64,000 bases of DNA from Vitrella brassicaformis CCMP3155. Lineage: Eukaryota; Protista; Chromerida. Positions within the stretch are counted from its first letter, which is position 1; every line of letters begins with the position of its first letter. Position numbers and translations under genes: made by a program. The notes below the pieces were generated by a model. It was not told the origin of the DNA, did not search any database, and worked only from the letters and a program-made list of their open reading frames with translations. Shown one piece after another: positions 38,957 to 57,705 of the stretch. The stretch is taken from positions 52,553 through 116,552 of the forward strand of contig CDMY01000332.1 of NCBI GenBank assembly GCA_001179505.1, given 5' to 3'.

Positions 38957-41713
38957 TCAATCTCCCTCTGATCCACACGAGTCGGTGCTGCCCGCCCCGC
39001 CCTGCTCGCTCATGCTGCCCCGCACGCTGCCCATGCTGTTCATGTCCATCATGTTGACCACAGACGGTCCCTCACCCTGGCCATAGCCATAGCCCCCTCG
39101 TCGCATGGCGGCGGATGTTGAGGGCAGCGTCATCGATCGGTGCACCGCGCGTGATGGCGGAGACGACGCCATGGCTGTGTGTGTGAGTGAAGGTGGAGGC
39201 CGGGGATCCGGCGGCAGGAGTTTGGCGAGGCTGAGGGGCGCCTGGGGCGGCGCCACGCCGGGGGGCGACTGCTGGCCAAAGCCGGGTGGAGGCACCAGGT
39301 GGGTGAGGGACAGCTTGGGGTGCGGGTTGGTCAGGGGCAGGCTGGGAGGGGGCGGGGGGCAGGTCTGTGTGGGGGGATGGGCCTCGGGCAGAGGCAGAGT
39401 CGCCACTGGCCGGTGAAGTGGCTGCTGCTGCTGCTGGGGCTGGGGCTGCTGGGGCTGAGGAGTCGCTACTGGGGGCTACAGCGCAGGAAGGGACGCAGGA
39501 GAGAGAAGGGCATAGTGCAGCGGAATGGCCGGCAATTGGGTATATATGTGCCTGTGCTGCGCTTACATTGACGGGAGGAAAGAGTTTGTGGTGAAAACCT
39601 GAATCAACAGAAACAGAAACAGAGACGGAGACGCAGACATCCATAAGAAAGAAGATGGCAACGCGTCGATATAGACGTCGGTTGGTTGGTTGGTTGGCTG
39701 TTTGATTGACCTACCAGCAGCAGGTTGGTAGAGCAACATCGACTGCGTCTGAGACAGCATGGCGTCGCGCTCCGCCTACACACAGACACGCATCCACCCA
39801 CACCACCGTCCATTCACCGTGTCCGCACTCTCAACGTAGCGCCCCACCAACGTACCTGGACCATCTGCAGCGCCTGCAGCGCCATCCTCTTTCTCTTGGA
39901 GGCTCGGCTCTTCTTCTTGGGTGGGTGTGTGTGGTGGCAGAAGAGACAGTTCGCGCCGTTCTGGCAGCCTTGTCGATGGACGAAGAGGCAGGGCTTGCAC
40001 GTCCCCTCATGGTGCGGGATGCTCCCCACCGACAGCAGGTTGCCCTTCTCGTCGCGCGGGATCTGCCGGTACAGCTCCGGGCTGATCTCCTTGACGGCGT
40101 TCTTCTCCTCGTTGAACTCCACAGACATTTCACTCAGCACACCCACACCCCTCCCGGCCTCACCAGCACCGACGCCGCCCCCTTCAGAGCCGCCTGAGCT
40201 CGATTGGTCGTCGAGCCACAGGTCGCGGAGGATCTTGGGGACTCCCGGCTGCCTGGATGCAGGCCGCCTGTGTGCGGGCGTCGAGGGAATCGACGCCGAC
40301 GCCGTGGACGCGTCGGTGTCTGTGTGGCTCCTCGTGTCGTTGTGGTGCGATGTGGTTGTGTGGTTGCTGGTTAAGGCCTGCTGGTGGCCGTGGGTGTGAG
40401 GGAGTGGGAGCGGGGTGGTGTTCCTCCTGTGAGTGTCGCGGTGTCCTGCCTGGGGCCACGTGTGGGAGAAGAGGCCATGCTGCTGCTGCTGCTGCTGCGA
40501 AACCGCAGTGCTGGGAGGGGCGGGAGGAGGGGGAGGTGGAGGCGTATCCGGCACATCGGCGATGCGCGTCTTCTTGAGCTGAGCCAGTGACCTGAATGAT
40601 GAATGATACACAAACAGATGCACAAACAAGTCAGCCGCAATGGTTTTGTCCTTCCTTCATTCCTTCCGGTGTGTCTTACGTGAGCAGCTTCTGTTGCATG
40701 GCCTCGGGCAGCCCAGCCGCGAGCACAAGAGACAGAGCCAGGCGGCTGGCATCCTTGTTGCTCGGTGCCTTGCTCTCATCTGCTGCTGCTCCCGCCCCCG
40801 CCACACTGACCGCCGGTTGCTCTCCTCCCACCAGCGGCTGTGGCGGTGTGGACGTGCTGCTGCTCATTGCGATCTGCAGGGCGTCTGCCAGGGAAATCTG
40901 CGAGTGCGATGCGGGCGGCGGCTGCTGATGCATGACGTCATGGTGCGCCGGGGGCTGCGACGAGGAGGGGAGGGATGGTGCCGCGTGAGACGAGGTTAGA
41001 GCGCCATGTGAGGTGGGTGTGGTCTCGAGAGCCAGACGAGCGGTTCTTTCCACGATGGCCTGGAAATCGTCATTGTCTTGCGGCAGCGGGCTGGGGCTGG
41101 TGGTAGCAGCGGTGTTGGCTGACGGCGAGGCGCATGAGGGGTGGGACGCGACAGAGAGGGGCTGGCCGCTGGGGCTGGTGCGCACGCTGGCCGTGGTGCT
41201 GCTGGTGCTGCTGAGTCGCGAGGGTCTCCCAAGCTTTCGCTCGCTGGTTGTGCTGGTGGGGTCGTCTGACTCCTGCTCGTCGTCCCTCTCCCTCTCAGCC
41301 CCTCTCTCCAGCCCCCCTACAGTGGCTGTGCTCGTTCCCCACTTTACATCTGCGCCACCAGTACCGGTGCCAGTGCCGTCCATCCAGCTGAGGAGCCCGT
41401 GCAGCCCCTCGGATGACGGAAGAGGCGAGGGCAGCCCCTCCGGGCTCCCACTGCCACTGCTGCCAGCCGCTGTCGTGTCGGACGCGCTCGCACCACCCCT
41501 GCCGCACCCAGCGATGTAGGTGCCGTTGGCGAGCAGCGAGCGAATGGATATGGACGGCGGCGAGAAGGCCCCGCCGCGGGCACTGGCGTCCTTGGGTGGG
41601 TGTGGGTGCGTGTGCGATGTGTGGTTGAGGTGGTGTCTGTTAGAGAAGAGGCTGTAGTGGTGATGGAGCGGCGGCGGGGGAGGATGGTGGACGAGGGGCG
41701 TCGACGAGCTCAT
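38957..41713 (-). CDS. CCCH (C3H1) zinc-finger protein with long low-complexity regions
   Basis: LLSVGSIPHHEGTCKPCLFVHRQGCQNGANCLFCHHTHPPKKKSRASKRKR. Exons joined as LLT|SLAQLKK. The last-exon frame is inferred. Confidence 0.8.
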
Positions 41714-42130
41714 CACTCAACCTCTCAACAGACGACCACCACAGACCAGGAGGCCATTCACCGGCAGGCTCACAGCACAAACAACCAGCAGACAGGCCGA
41801 CGCACCACCAGCAGCACCGCGAGCAGTGGCACCTGGACACACAGCCCATATACACAAGACAGACAGACAGACAGACGGACGTGGAAACACGATGTGGAAA
41901 CACGATGGCCTGCTTCACGGTCCCCTCTCACTCACCAGATCTGTGCTTGCAACGAGCGCCTGCCTTGAGAAGGGGGAGCGAGAGAAGGTCAGTGAAGGGG
42001 CTCTCCTCCAACGGTCAAGAACGCCGCCGGGGGAGTAAGAGCCCGAGATCTTCCGTGAAACGCAGTGAGGGGAGAAAAGGACCAACGCCTTTTTCAAGTC
42101 AAGCAGAAGTATGGAACGATTCAGAAGCGT

Positions 42131-42190
42131 CAAGCTTTCCGAAGAACTGGGCGGACGTTGCAAAAGTAGGCCAGTTCTTCGGAAATTTTG
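42131..42190. other. Perfect 15-bp inverted repeat (hairpin) with a 20-nt loop
   Basis: tttccgaagaactgg at 42136-42150 and ccagttcttcggaaa at 42171-42185, plus a few outer pairs. Confidence 0.9.
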
Positions 42191-42699
42191 CCGACGTCTC
42201 TCAACCTTTTTGTTTGTCTGTCTGTCTGTTTGTCACGTGTCATACAGATGATCTCATGCTACCCTCGTACAGTGCAGTCCCTTGGCCCCCTTCAGCAGTC
42301 TCTCAAGGGGTTGCGTCATGATCACCATGAAGAGCAGCACACCGAGGGAGGGAAGAGCAGGACTACAAGACGGCACGACGCAGGCAGGCCACAACAGACA
42401 GGTACTGTATTTTGATGACCCCATTGGTCATCCACTCCACCAGGCTGCGTCAATCAAATCAATGCAGCAGAGACACACATACCCCCCCTCCCCCCACTCC
42501 CCACACACACACATAGAAAGAGAGAGAGGGAGAAAGAGGCTCAGAAATCCCTGTCCCAGTTCAGCAAAGCAGCCTCGGGGGAACCATCCTGCAAGCAAAC
42601 AGGCCGGGCAGAAGCACATTCAGACTCACACGAACAATGTTATGACCACACACACAATTTGTGTGTGTGTGTGTGTGTGTGTGCCTACATTACATACCG

Positions 42700-48512
<5,813 letters not shown>

Positions 48513-48896
48513 AACGACAATCGTGACCTCGATGCCTGCAGGGTTCCAAACCCTGCGAGCTTAGACTTGCAAGGGACACGGCGAAAGGAAAGTCTCAGCA
48601 GGGGGACCCGGTGGTCGCTGGGTGTCACACATCACCAGCGAGAGTAGTCGTCCATGTCTGAGTCGTCATCGACACATCCCACGGTGCCCTCGTCGTACGA
48701 GGCGGAAAACCAAGATGGGCCGGAAACCAAGAAGACGGTGCGGCAAAACAGAATCTCAGCAACGATGCTCAGCGTAAGCCGCACACACTAATGCAGGCAG
48801 CCATGGAATGGATAATGCCACACAGGCCCAGATCCCCCTCTCCCTCTCTCCCTCTCTCTTTCTCTCTCTGATCTGTGACGGATGGATGGGTAGATT

Positions 48897-50726
48897 ATGG
48901 AGCGGCAGGTGTGGTGAAGTGAATGCAGCAAGGACCATGGCACACACATGCATACATAGCCTTCTAGCTGCACTACCCGTCGGTGCATGTGCTTGTGTTG
49001 ACTGCAGGTGCATCAGCTGCGTCGTGAGCTCGTGGACTTCTTCCTGCTGGCAGGGGACCCCAAGCTCACTAACAGCCAGAGGAGCATGCTGCCGGTAGGT
49101 GCACGTGTGGATCAAGAGATCAATCAATGAATGGCATGCATGGCTGTGTTGCTGTGTGGTTTATGTTATGATGGGATGGATGCCACCAGCCCTTTGTCGA
49201 CGTGATTGTATTCGGCCCCTCCGGCAGCGGCAAGAGCAGCCTCATTCGCACATTCTACAGAGGTAAGTGCGTAGACTAGACGAGTCCCAATAACACGAGT
49301 GTGTCCATTCCATGTACTGTACGCCTGTCTGTCCAATCCAATCAGCGCTGCACAACACGTCGGTGCTCCCGCGGGACCTCAGTGAGAGGGTGGTTGTGCA
49401 GGACACCTTGCGGAACGAGGGGACCACGCAGTACGTCAAGGCGGTCATCAAACAGCGGGAACAGGACACTGACGGACGGCCGACGTCATCGGGAATCATA
49501 CTGCATGGTCAGCCAGCGCGGCGTGGCGTGAGATGGTCTGTGTGCACTGCAGTGGATGTATCTTATCTGCTGTGTGTGTGAGTGAAGATACGAGGGGCCA
49601 GATATGGATGGATCGCAAGGAGCAGCAGCAGCTCGATGTCATCATACAGGTAACCTAGATCTGATCCATCATTAGGCGCACTGCCGTTGGTACTTACTGT
49701 CACGTGTCGGCAGGGTCGCATCAAAGACGACGTCACAGTCGAGCAGCGCGATCGAAGATACGGTAGGAGGGAAGGAGGGGAGGGAGGGACACAAGTACGT
49801 TGACCGACAGACACGTTTTGACTGAGTAGTTGGCTCATCCTTCCGTCAGCCCGTTTGTTGTGGGAGTTTTGGAGGTCGGAAGCAGACCTCTTCCCGCCTG
49901 AAATACTCAATAAACGATCAGGTTGGTGCCCTTCCAGCGCGCACACACTCACGGACCACACGCACAAGATGCAGTCATTCTTGCATCCATCAGGACTGGC
50001 CACGCGGCCCCACGCGTTGATTTTTGTGTTTGATGGGAGGTGCGCAGACAGACAGACAGACAGACAGACAGCCCGCTGCGGACAAGGGCACGGTGTGCTG
50101 TGGTGTGTTGTGTTGTCATGCAGCATGGATGAGATTCCCAATGGCGAGGAGGAGACTGATTTCTACAGAGAGGTCATATCCATGGCGCGGCGGAAAGGTA
50201 CACAACCACACACACGTTGTCCATCCATCCATCCATCCATCCGTGCATTTTATCTGCAGGTTACTACTATCCGCAGATAGTGCTGACTCGTATCGACAAG
50301 GTGGAGCAGCAGCTGCCGCAGGACGTCAGCCAGGCAGAGGCGGAGGTCATCCTCAGGCAACGACTTGGTACAGACACACACGACGACGAGTCGCACACAG
50401 GGAGAGTTTTTCTCGGTATGTGTGTGTGTGTTGTCTGTAGACTCCAAGATCGAGGCAGTGGTGCTCAACCTGGGCGTTTCTCGGTCGTCGGTGCACTTTA
50501 TCGAAAACTATCACGCCGACGGAAGTAAGTCAAGTCTAGAGGGCACAACCACCGACCGTCACACACCCAACCCATGTGCCGTACCTACTTGTGTGTGTGT
50601 CGTGCAGTGTGTCAGGATCTGTCCATCGACTTCCACGCGCTGCGTGTGCTGCACGAGTGTGTGCAGCACGGCGACACATTCATCCGCTCAGCTATGAAGA
50701 ACCGACCAAGGTGTGTCATCCAATGA
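48897..50726 (+). CDS. IFI44/IFI44L-like P-loop GTPase with a C-terminal CaaX box (start uncertain, 48765-48897)
   Basis: Spliced VIVFGPSGSGKSSLIRTFYRAL (G1), NEGTT (G2), LHDTRG (G3), RPHALIFVFDGS, QIVLTRIDKV (G4), LGVSRSSVHFIENYH, DFHALRVLHECVQHGDTFI; ends MKNRPRCVIQ*. Confidence 0.8.
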
Positions 50727-51696
50727 GATGAGTGGGTGACCCACAGAATCGGCGAATGGGTGGGTGCGTTCAGCGCCTTTGGGCTGGTTGGTATGTGCGG
50801 TGGGTGCAAGGGGGTGGAGATGTGGTTTGTGTAGCATAGGAAGAACGAAGGGTTTTTGCTGTGTGTCGAGTGAGACATTTGGCGTTTTATGGACGTAAGA
50901 AGGACCATTAAGCGTCCCGCGATGCTGGACCAATGGGTGTTGTGCGATGCGATTTGATGAGACCGTACAGTACATGGTGTGTGCCGTGTCGGCCGGTTGC
51001 TGTCGAAATTTGTGTGCATCTGAGCACTGCGGTGCGTAGGTGTGTTCATTGCGCCGTTGTACAATTTGTCTGTTCCCTCCCTCCCTCCCCACCAGCCGTT
51101 CTGACACACCACACAGCAGGCAGGCAGGCAGGCAGCTACGGCCACAGAAGCAGCAGAGGCCTTGACCGATGGATGCGTGGATGTGTAGAAGGTGTCTGTC
51201 TGTCTGGCCGTCTGCTCTGTCTGTCTATCACTACGCCCCCTGCCTGTCTGCGACTGCGGGTGTGGCTGCTGCTGCCGTGCTGCAATGGTGGTCTCACGGT
51301 ATATCTATCTCTCTACGCTGCTTGTCTGTCTGTGCGTGTGGGTGTAGTCGATCCCCGTCTGTCTGTCTGTCTGTAGGGTGGCCGCAGCTCAGTATACACA
51401 GCGCAATCTGGTGTACATCACATCAGCCACCACACCCCACCCACCCAACAGCCAGACAGCCCATCCGTCCATCCATCCATACTTACAACCATAAACCCGC
51501 ACACCCACACTCACTCACACCCACACCCACACCCACACACAGCCAGCCACTCTTTGTTCTCTCGCTCCTTTGCTTATCTATCTCTTGCCCGCATCCATCC
51601 GTCCATCCATCCATCCATGTGCACGTAGGATTGGTTTCTATGTTGCTTGGTTGGTTGGTCGGCGACATGGCATGGTTTGGTGTGGTGTGGTGTGTG

Positions 51697-53866
51697 TCAC
51701 GTCCAGATGGGCCAGGGGCAGCAGACGTCCGCCACGTACACGTTCTCGCCAACACTCACTATCAACCCAGCTGAATAGACAGACAGACAGACAGAAATGC
51801 GAGCACAAGTGTGGAGGGAGGGAGGGAGGGTTTGTTTCTTCTTTCGGGTCCCCTTACTTACTCTCGTGCAGCTGTATGATCTGCAGCGGGTCATTCCAGC
51901 CCACTGAATTGAACTGATCCACCTGATATATATGATCGATGAAGATGTGGACACACACACACACAATCGTCATGCCTCCCTCTCTCCCTCTCTCCCTCCC
52001 TCCCTCCCCTGTGCATGTATACCAGTCCGAGGCACTCTCCCCTGCCCGGCCTGTCGTGCCTGGCGCGGTACACCGCTATCCGACCGTCGTGCTTCGTCAA
52101 CCCATACACCTGACACACACACACACAAAACACACGGACACACATCCATTGCCCCTTCCTCCCCGGCCCACCCTCCCTCCCCTCTGTGTGTGCCCCCGTA
52201 CGGCCTTGTCTGTGACGCGGAAGTCCTCGACTGTCCAGGGGAAGAAGTGCGTGATGCCGGCTCGGTTCTGGCACGACCGCATGGAAAACGGCAGACCCTC
52301 GCGCAGACAGCTCGACGACAGAGGCGACATGTGGGGGTCCGTCACGATGGGGTCGGGCTTCGGGGGCAGCGCCCTGCTCACGCCCACGCCCATCTTGCCC
52401 ATGCCCATGCCCATGCTCGGGTCCACGTCCATCGCCACCACATGAGGGCTGGGGCTGCCGTGGTCGGTGTGGCGGACCTTCCTCTTGCGCTTGGTGCCGC
52501 CCCCTGCTGCTGCTGCTGCTGCTGTTGGTTGGGAGGGGGGTGCGTTGGTGAGCCTGGGGATGCCGTCAGCGGGCGTCTCGCAGTCGGTTGATGTCGTGGA
52601 GGTGCCGCTCGCCGCCTTGAGCAGAGACGACGGTCCCAACACTACTGACAAGACACCACCCACCCACAGTCGGAGAAAGGACACATCATGTCATGTGTGT
52701 GTATGAGATTCCTTCGGTTCCTCGTTCCTCCGCACCAGAGTTGAAGCCGAAGTTCATGACGCCCGACGGGAAGACGCCCCCAAACCCACCGAATATCGAC
52801 GTGGCCGACGCCGGCGATCCCCCGCTGGCACTCTTGTCTTCATCAATGTCAACCATGCCACTGCCACCCACACCCACACTGCCCCGCCTCTCGTGCTGCT
52901 CCTGGTACTGCTGGTGTGCCGTGGTTGTGGTGTTGCCGATGGCCGTGCCCATCAGCAGCCCTCCGAAGATGCCCCTCCGCTTGACGTCGCCGCTCATGTC
53001 GAGATCCGTGCTGCCCCGCCGCTTCATCGCTCCCTTGCCCCGTACCACCACCCTGCTGCCGCTACCCACACCCGCCAAACACGCCAAAGCAGACTGTCTC
53101 TTCTTGTCCTCCATGGCTGTGGCTGTGGTGATGCTTGTGCCTCTTCCTCTGCCTGTGGCTGTGGCTGTGGGGGGGTGGAGTCCGTGTGCACGTCGCCACG
53201 AGGGTGTGAGGATCTGTTTGTGTGCGAGAGGGAGGGGCGAGGGCGGCTTGGGGTCCAGCTTCTTGTGGTAGGTCTCGAGGGCCGTCCACGTGCGATCGAG
53301 GGCCGTCCATGCGGTGCTGAAGACCGTGTTGGCGGGCGGGATGATCTGCGTCGACGGCAAGAGGGACGTGTCGGGCTGCCCGATGAGGCCTGTGGGGGGC
53401 CGCTGGAGCAGTGGCTTAGGCAAAAACGTTGGGATGGGGCCGGGGCTAGGAGGGTCGGGGCTGCGGTCCACGGGGGCGTAGCTGAATCGGATGACACAAA
53501 GGGGACATCGGTGTGGTGTCTGCGTGGGGTTGTTGTTCATGTGTGTGTGTGTGTCTGTGTGCCTACCGGAGGTCGATTTGCCGGATGCGCCCCCATTTCT
53601 CCCCAGTGCGCGCTACGACATTGCAGAACACGCTCACATCTGAATTGCACACATGGATGGATGGATGGAGCAAAGACACACATGCCAGTACCTATGGTGT
53701 GTTCGCTACATTGATTGGTTCTCACTCACCGTGCACGCGCAGGGGCCACAGCATCTGCTTGTTCTGCGCTATCTCATGCACAATCCTGCGCAAACCATCA
53801 CAGAGAGAGAGAGGGACACGCACCACCCAAACCGTGAGACCATGTGCGAGTCTCTTACCTCTCTCC

Positions 53867-53897
<31 letters not shown>

Positions 53898-55325
53898 TAG
53901 TGGGCTGCGGACTTTTGCTGTGTCCTCATGTCGAGTAGCAGGATGGAGAATGTGCCATCGCTGCTGCGCTCGCCGACGGCCACGACCTCCGTGACGCTCC
54001 TCTTGCCCGTCAACTCCAACGCGTGAATCCAACGATCTACACCCACATCGCATCCACACACGCGTGAGGACCACATCATGCGTGGGGGTGGGACATCCAT
54101 CCCCCCTTCCCCAATCCGCCCCTTGATTGATTGACTGACTGACCTTGTGTGATGTGTGGTTGGAACCTGAGGTCTTCACCGCTCATCAGATCCCACAGGC
54201 CGATGCCCGCTGATATACAGATGGACGGATGGATGGATGGAATGAGAGGCGTCAGAGGATATGGTGTGTGTGGTGTGGTTGTCTGTGTGTGTGTGTGTGT
54301 GTGACCAGGGAATCGTCTGGCGGTTTTGACCGATATGATGCACTTCTCGCGGCTGATGCGCAGATCGTTGACCTCCACATCACGACTGTATATGGCCGCA
54401 CACACGCATACAAACACACCCACACACACGTGAAAACAGAGAGAGAGGGACATCCATCAGTTGACGCACCCGCAAGGGCAAGTGTGTGTGTGTGTTTGGT
54501 TGGGCGAATGCAATGCCTACGTGTGTTTGCGCGCCTGTTCCCTGAACGAGTTGCGGTTGTAAATGCGGATCGTCCCGCCGTCGTCACCCGCAGCAAACAT
54601 CTCAGAATCAACTGCACCACACACACACACGCTTATTGTGGTGTTTTGTGTGTATACGAATGGCCGGTGTCAGTCAGTTGTATATCATACTATCGAGGCA
54701 GTTGAACCCCGGTGAGGCCATGCAGACCGACGACACCTCCTGGCGGCTCTCGCGATCGAACACCTTCACCCAGGCCTCCCCGCTGTTGGCACGACTGAAC
54801 CAACCAACATACAAACAAACCAACAAAGCATTCTCCCGCCCCCTAGCCTCCTCTCTCNNNNNNNNNNNNNNNNNNNNNNNNNNNNNNNNNNNNNNNNNNN
54901 NNNNNNNNNNNNNNNNNNNNNNNNNNNNNNNNNNNNNNNNNNNNNNNNNNNNNNNNNNNNNNNNNNNNNNNNNNNNNNNNNNNNNNNNNNNNNNNNNNNN
55001 NNNNNNNNNNNNNNNNNNNNNNNNNNNNNNNNNNNNNNNNNNNNNNNNNNNNNNNNNNNNNNNNNNNNNNNNNNNNNNNNNNNNNNNNNNNNNNNNNNNN
55101 NNNNNNNNNNNNNNNNNNNNNNNNNNNNNNNNNNNNNNNNNNNNNNNNNNNNNNNNNTGGGTGGTGCTAATTTGTCATGGAGATATCATCCATATCATGA
55201 CGGACGAGCACTTCGGCAACTGCCAGCATGATACGTACGAGTATGCTGAGCTGTGCAGGACGGTCAAGTACAAGAGAGGGCAGTTTGCAGAGGCAGACGA
55301 GGCCGTGAGGCTCTTACCTCTCTCC

Positions 55326-55360
<35 letters not shown>

Positions 55361-57043
55361 TGTAGTGGGCTGCGGACTTTTGCTGTGTCCTCATGTCGAG
55401 TAGCAGGATGGAGAATGTGCCATCGCTGCTGCGCTCGCCGACGGCCACGACCTCCGTGACGCTCCTCTTGCCCGTCAACTCCAACGCGTGAATCCAACGA
55501 TCTACACCCACATCGCATCCACACACGCGTGAGGACCACATCATGCGTGGGGGTGGGACATCCATCCCCCCTTCCCCAATCCGCCCCTTGATTGATTGAC
55601 TGACTGACCTTGTGTGATGTGTGGTTGGAACCTGAGGTCTTCACCGCTCATCAGATCCCACAGGCCGATGCCCGCTGATATACAGATGGACGGATGGATG
55701 GATGGAATGAGAGGCGTCAGAGGATATGGTGTGTGTGGTGTGGTTGTCTGTGTGTGTGTGTGTGTGACCAGGGAATCGTCTGGCGGTTTTGACCGATATG
55801 ATGCACTTCTCGCGGCTGATGCGCAGATCGTTGACCTCCACATCACGACTGTATATGGCCGCACACACGCATACAAACACACCCACACACACGTGAAAAC
55901 AGAGAGAGAGGGACATCCATCAGTTGACGCACCCGCAAGGGCAAGTGTGTGTGTGTGTTTGGTTGGGCGAATGCAATGCCTACGTGTGTTTGCGCGCCTG
56001 TTCCCTGAACGAGTTGCGGTTGTAAATGCGGATCGTCCCGCCGTCGTCACCCGCAGCAAACATCTCAGAATCAACTGCACCACACACACACACGCTTATT
56101 GTGGTGTTTTGTGTGTATACGAATGGCCGGTGTCAGTCAGTTGTATATCATACTATCGAGGCAGTTGAACCCCGGTGAGGCCATGCAGACCGACGACACC
56201 TCCTGGCGGCTCTCGCGATCGAACACCTTCACCCAGGCCTCCCCGCTGTTGGCACGACTGAACCAACCAACATACAAACAAACCAACAAAGCATTCTCCC
56301 GCCCCCTAGCCTCCTCTCTCTGCTGGTTAAGGGATGCATCGCATCCTCCGTGTCTGTTTGTCTGTGTGTTTGTACCGTTCGGTGACTGCGAAGATGTGTC
56401 GTTGGTCGAAGCGCAGGTCCATGATGGTGACGTATGGCGGGGCCGCCACCAGCCGCTTGACGCTGAACTTGGGGCCCTGCACGCGACGACCGCCCACACG
56501 ACACGGATACCAACCGTTGCTGCATATCATCACACACACACACACTCACTACTGGGGGGTGAGGAGAATGCACTTCTTGATAGATAGGAAGTGCACCGCA
56601 CCTGTCAGCGTACAGGAACTTCCACTTGTCGCCGTATCCCTTGGTGTTGAGGAGGCTCCTGTCGTACTTGGCCTCACAGATGCGCCGCCACAGACCCGGG
56701 TGGTCACACAGGTCACGCCAACCTGCAGCATCACCCAGCACACACACACACATCCACTGCAAATGCCGCCCTCTGTGGCCAGAGTGAGCCGCCCGATCGT
56801 CATGTGACGCATTCCTGCCCCCTTACGCCTGCAAGTGGTCCTCGGAGCGGTCAGCAGCGTCGGCCTGAGGGAGTACATGGTCTCCACGAAGAGACCGTCG
56901 GGAAACTGCGAGAAGGCCGACTGGGCGCTGCCGTCGTTGGCCACGTGAGGGACGGTGATGTCCATGGGCGTGCTCTGAGCCGCGCTGGAGGCCTCCATGG
57001 GCTCTGCGGGCCTCGGCCGCCGCCGCGGCGGATTCCTCCTCAT
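51697..57043 (-). CDS. F-box / WD40-like repeat protein, interrupted by a gap and a tandem duplication
   Basis: Degenerate F-box FSQFPDGLFVETMYSL...WRDLCDHPGLWRRICEAKY. Beta-propeller-like strands VKVFDRES, AGDDGGTIRIYN, GIGLWDLMSG and ILLLDMRT. Ends VADVCCPWPIWT*. Confidence 0.72.
54858..55157. other. Assembly gap (300 N; probably about 2.1 kb)
   Basis: Run of N inside duplication copy 1; the equivalent sequence in copy 2 is 56321-58445. Confidence 0.95.
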
Positions 57044-57234
57044 TCAACTCCACTCAACTCACCGAAATGCAACAAAATGCGATGGCTCATGAATGGCGAT
57101 GCTCCCACGCCCCTTTATGGATGCATTGTCGCGGTGGGCTGAGACAATCTCATGTTTTGGGGCGAGTGTCTGTTTTACGACACAGATCTCCCACCTCTCC
57201 CTCTTAGATGTCTGTGTGACGGCAGGAGCAGGTC

Positions 57235-57696
57235 ATGCTCAATACGAAAGATGCGCTCTTGAAAGGCCTCCAGCAGGATCATCTGAAGGGCAAGGCCCTG
57301 CTGGAGCAGTTTCAACAGCTTCGAGAGGCGAACAAGGACGACTACGTTGCATTTGAGGCCGTGTTTGTGGAGCTGCGGCAGCTGCTGCATCAGGAGGCGG
57401 CCCTGCTGAGCTCTCTTGCTTCAAAAGCACAGCAGTCCCTCGACAGCTGCCTGCAGCAAGGACCAGGACCTACTGAAAGGGCCATCTTCAGAGGCCTGAC
57501 GAGGCAGCAAGTGGACGAGTACGTCAGCCATCGTGAGTGCTGCGACCTGGTTGAGAAAGACCTGCAACTGAAGGGCCGCCTCGTCAACGAATTGTCTTAC
57601 AGCTCCACTGCTGACGAAATCGCCCGCTCGGCCGTCATCTGGGACAGCAGCGTCTATCGCAAGACTCTGAGCAGCCTGTCCCACAGGACTGCCTGA
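57235..57696 (+). CDS. Hypothetical alpha-helical/coiled-coil protein, 153 aa
   Basis: Intronless ORF with protein-like, helical composition and no microsatellites; no family recognised. Confidence 0.6.
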   Translation: MLNTKDALLKGLQQDHLKGKALLEQFQQLREANKDDYVAFEAVFVELRQLLHQEAALLSSLASKAQQSLDSCLQQGPGPTERAIFRGLTRQQVDEYVSHRECCDLVEKDLQLKGRLVNELSYSSTADEIARSAVIWDSSVYRKTLSSLSHRTA

Positions 57697-57705
57697 CTGT
57701 CAGTC

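Noticed and set aside
48640-48690. GTG-initiated MGC start for PKG
   Set aside because: It hits a stop quickly; the ATG at 48512 gives MGCRQS and splices in frame.
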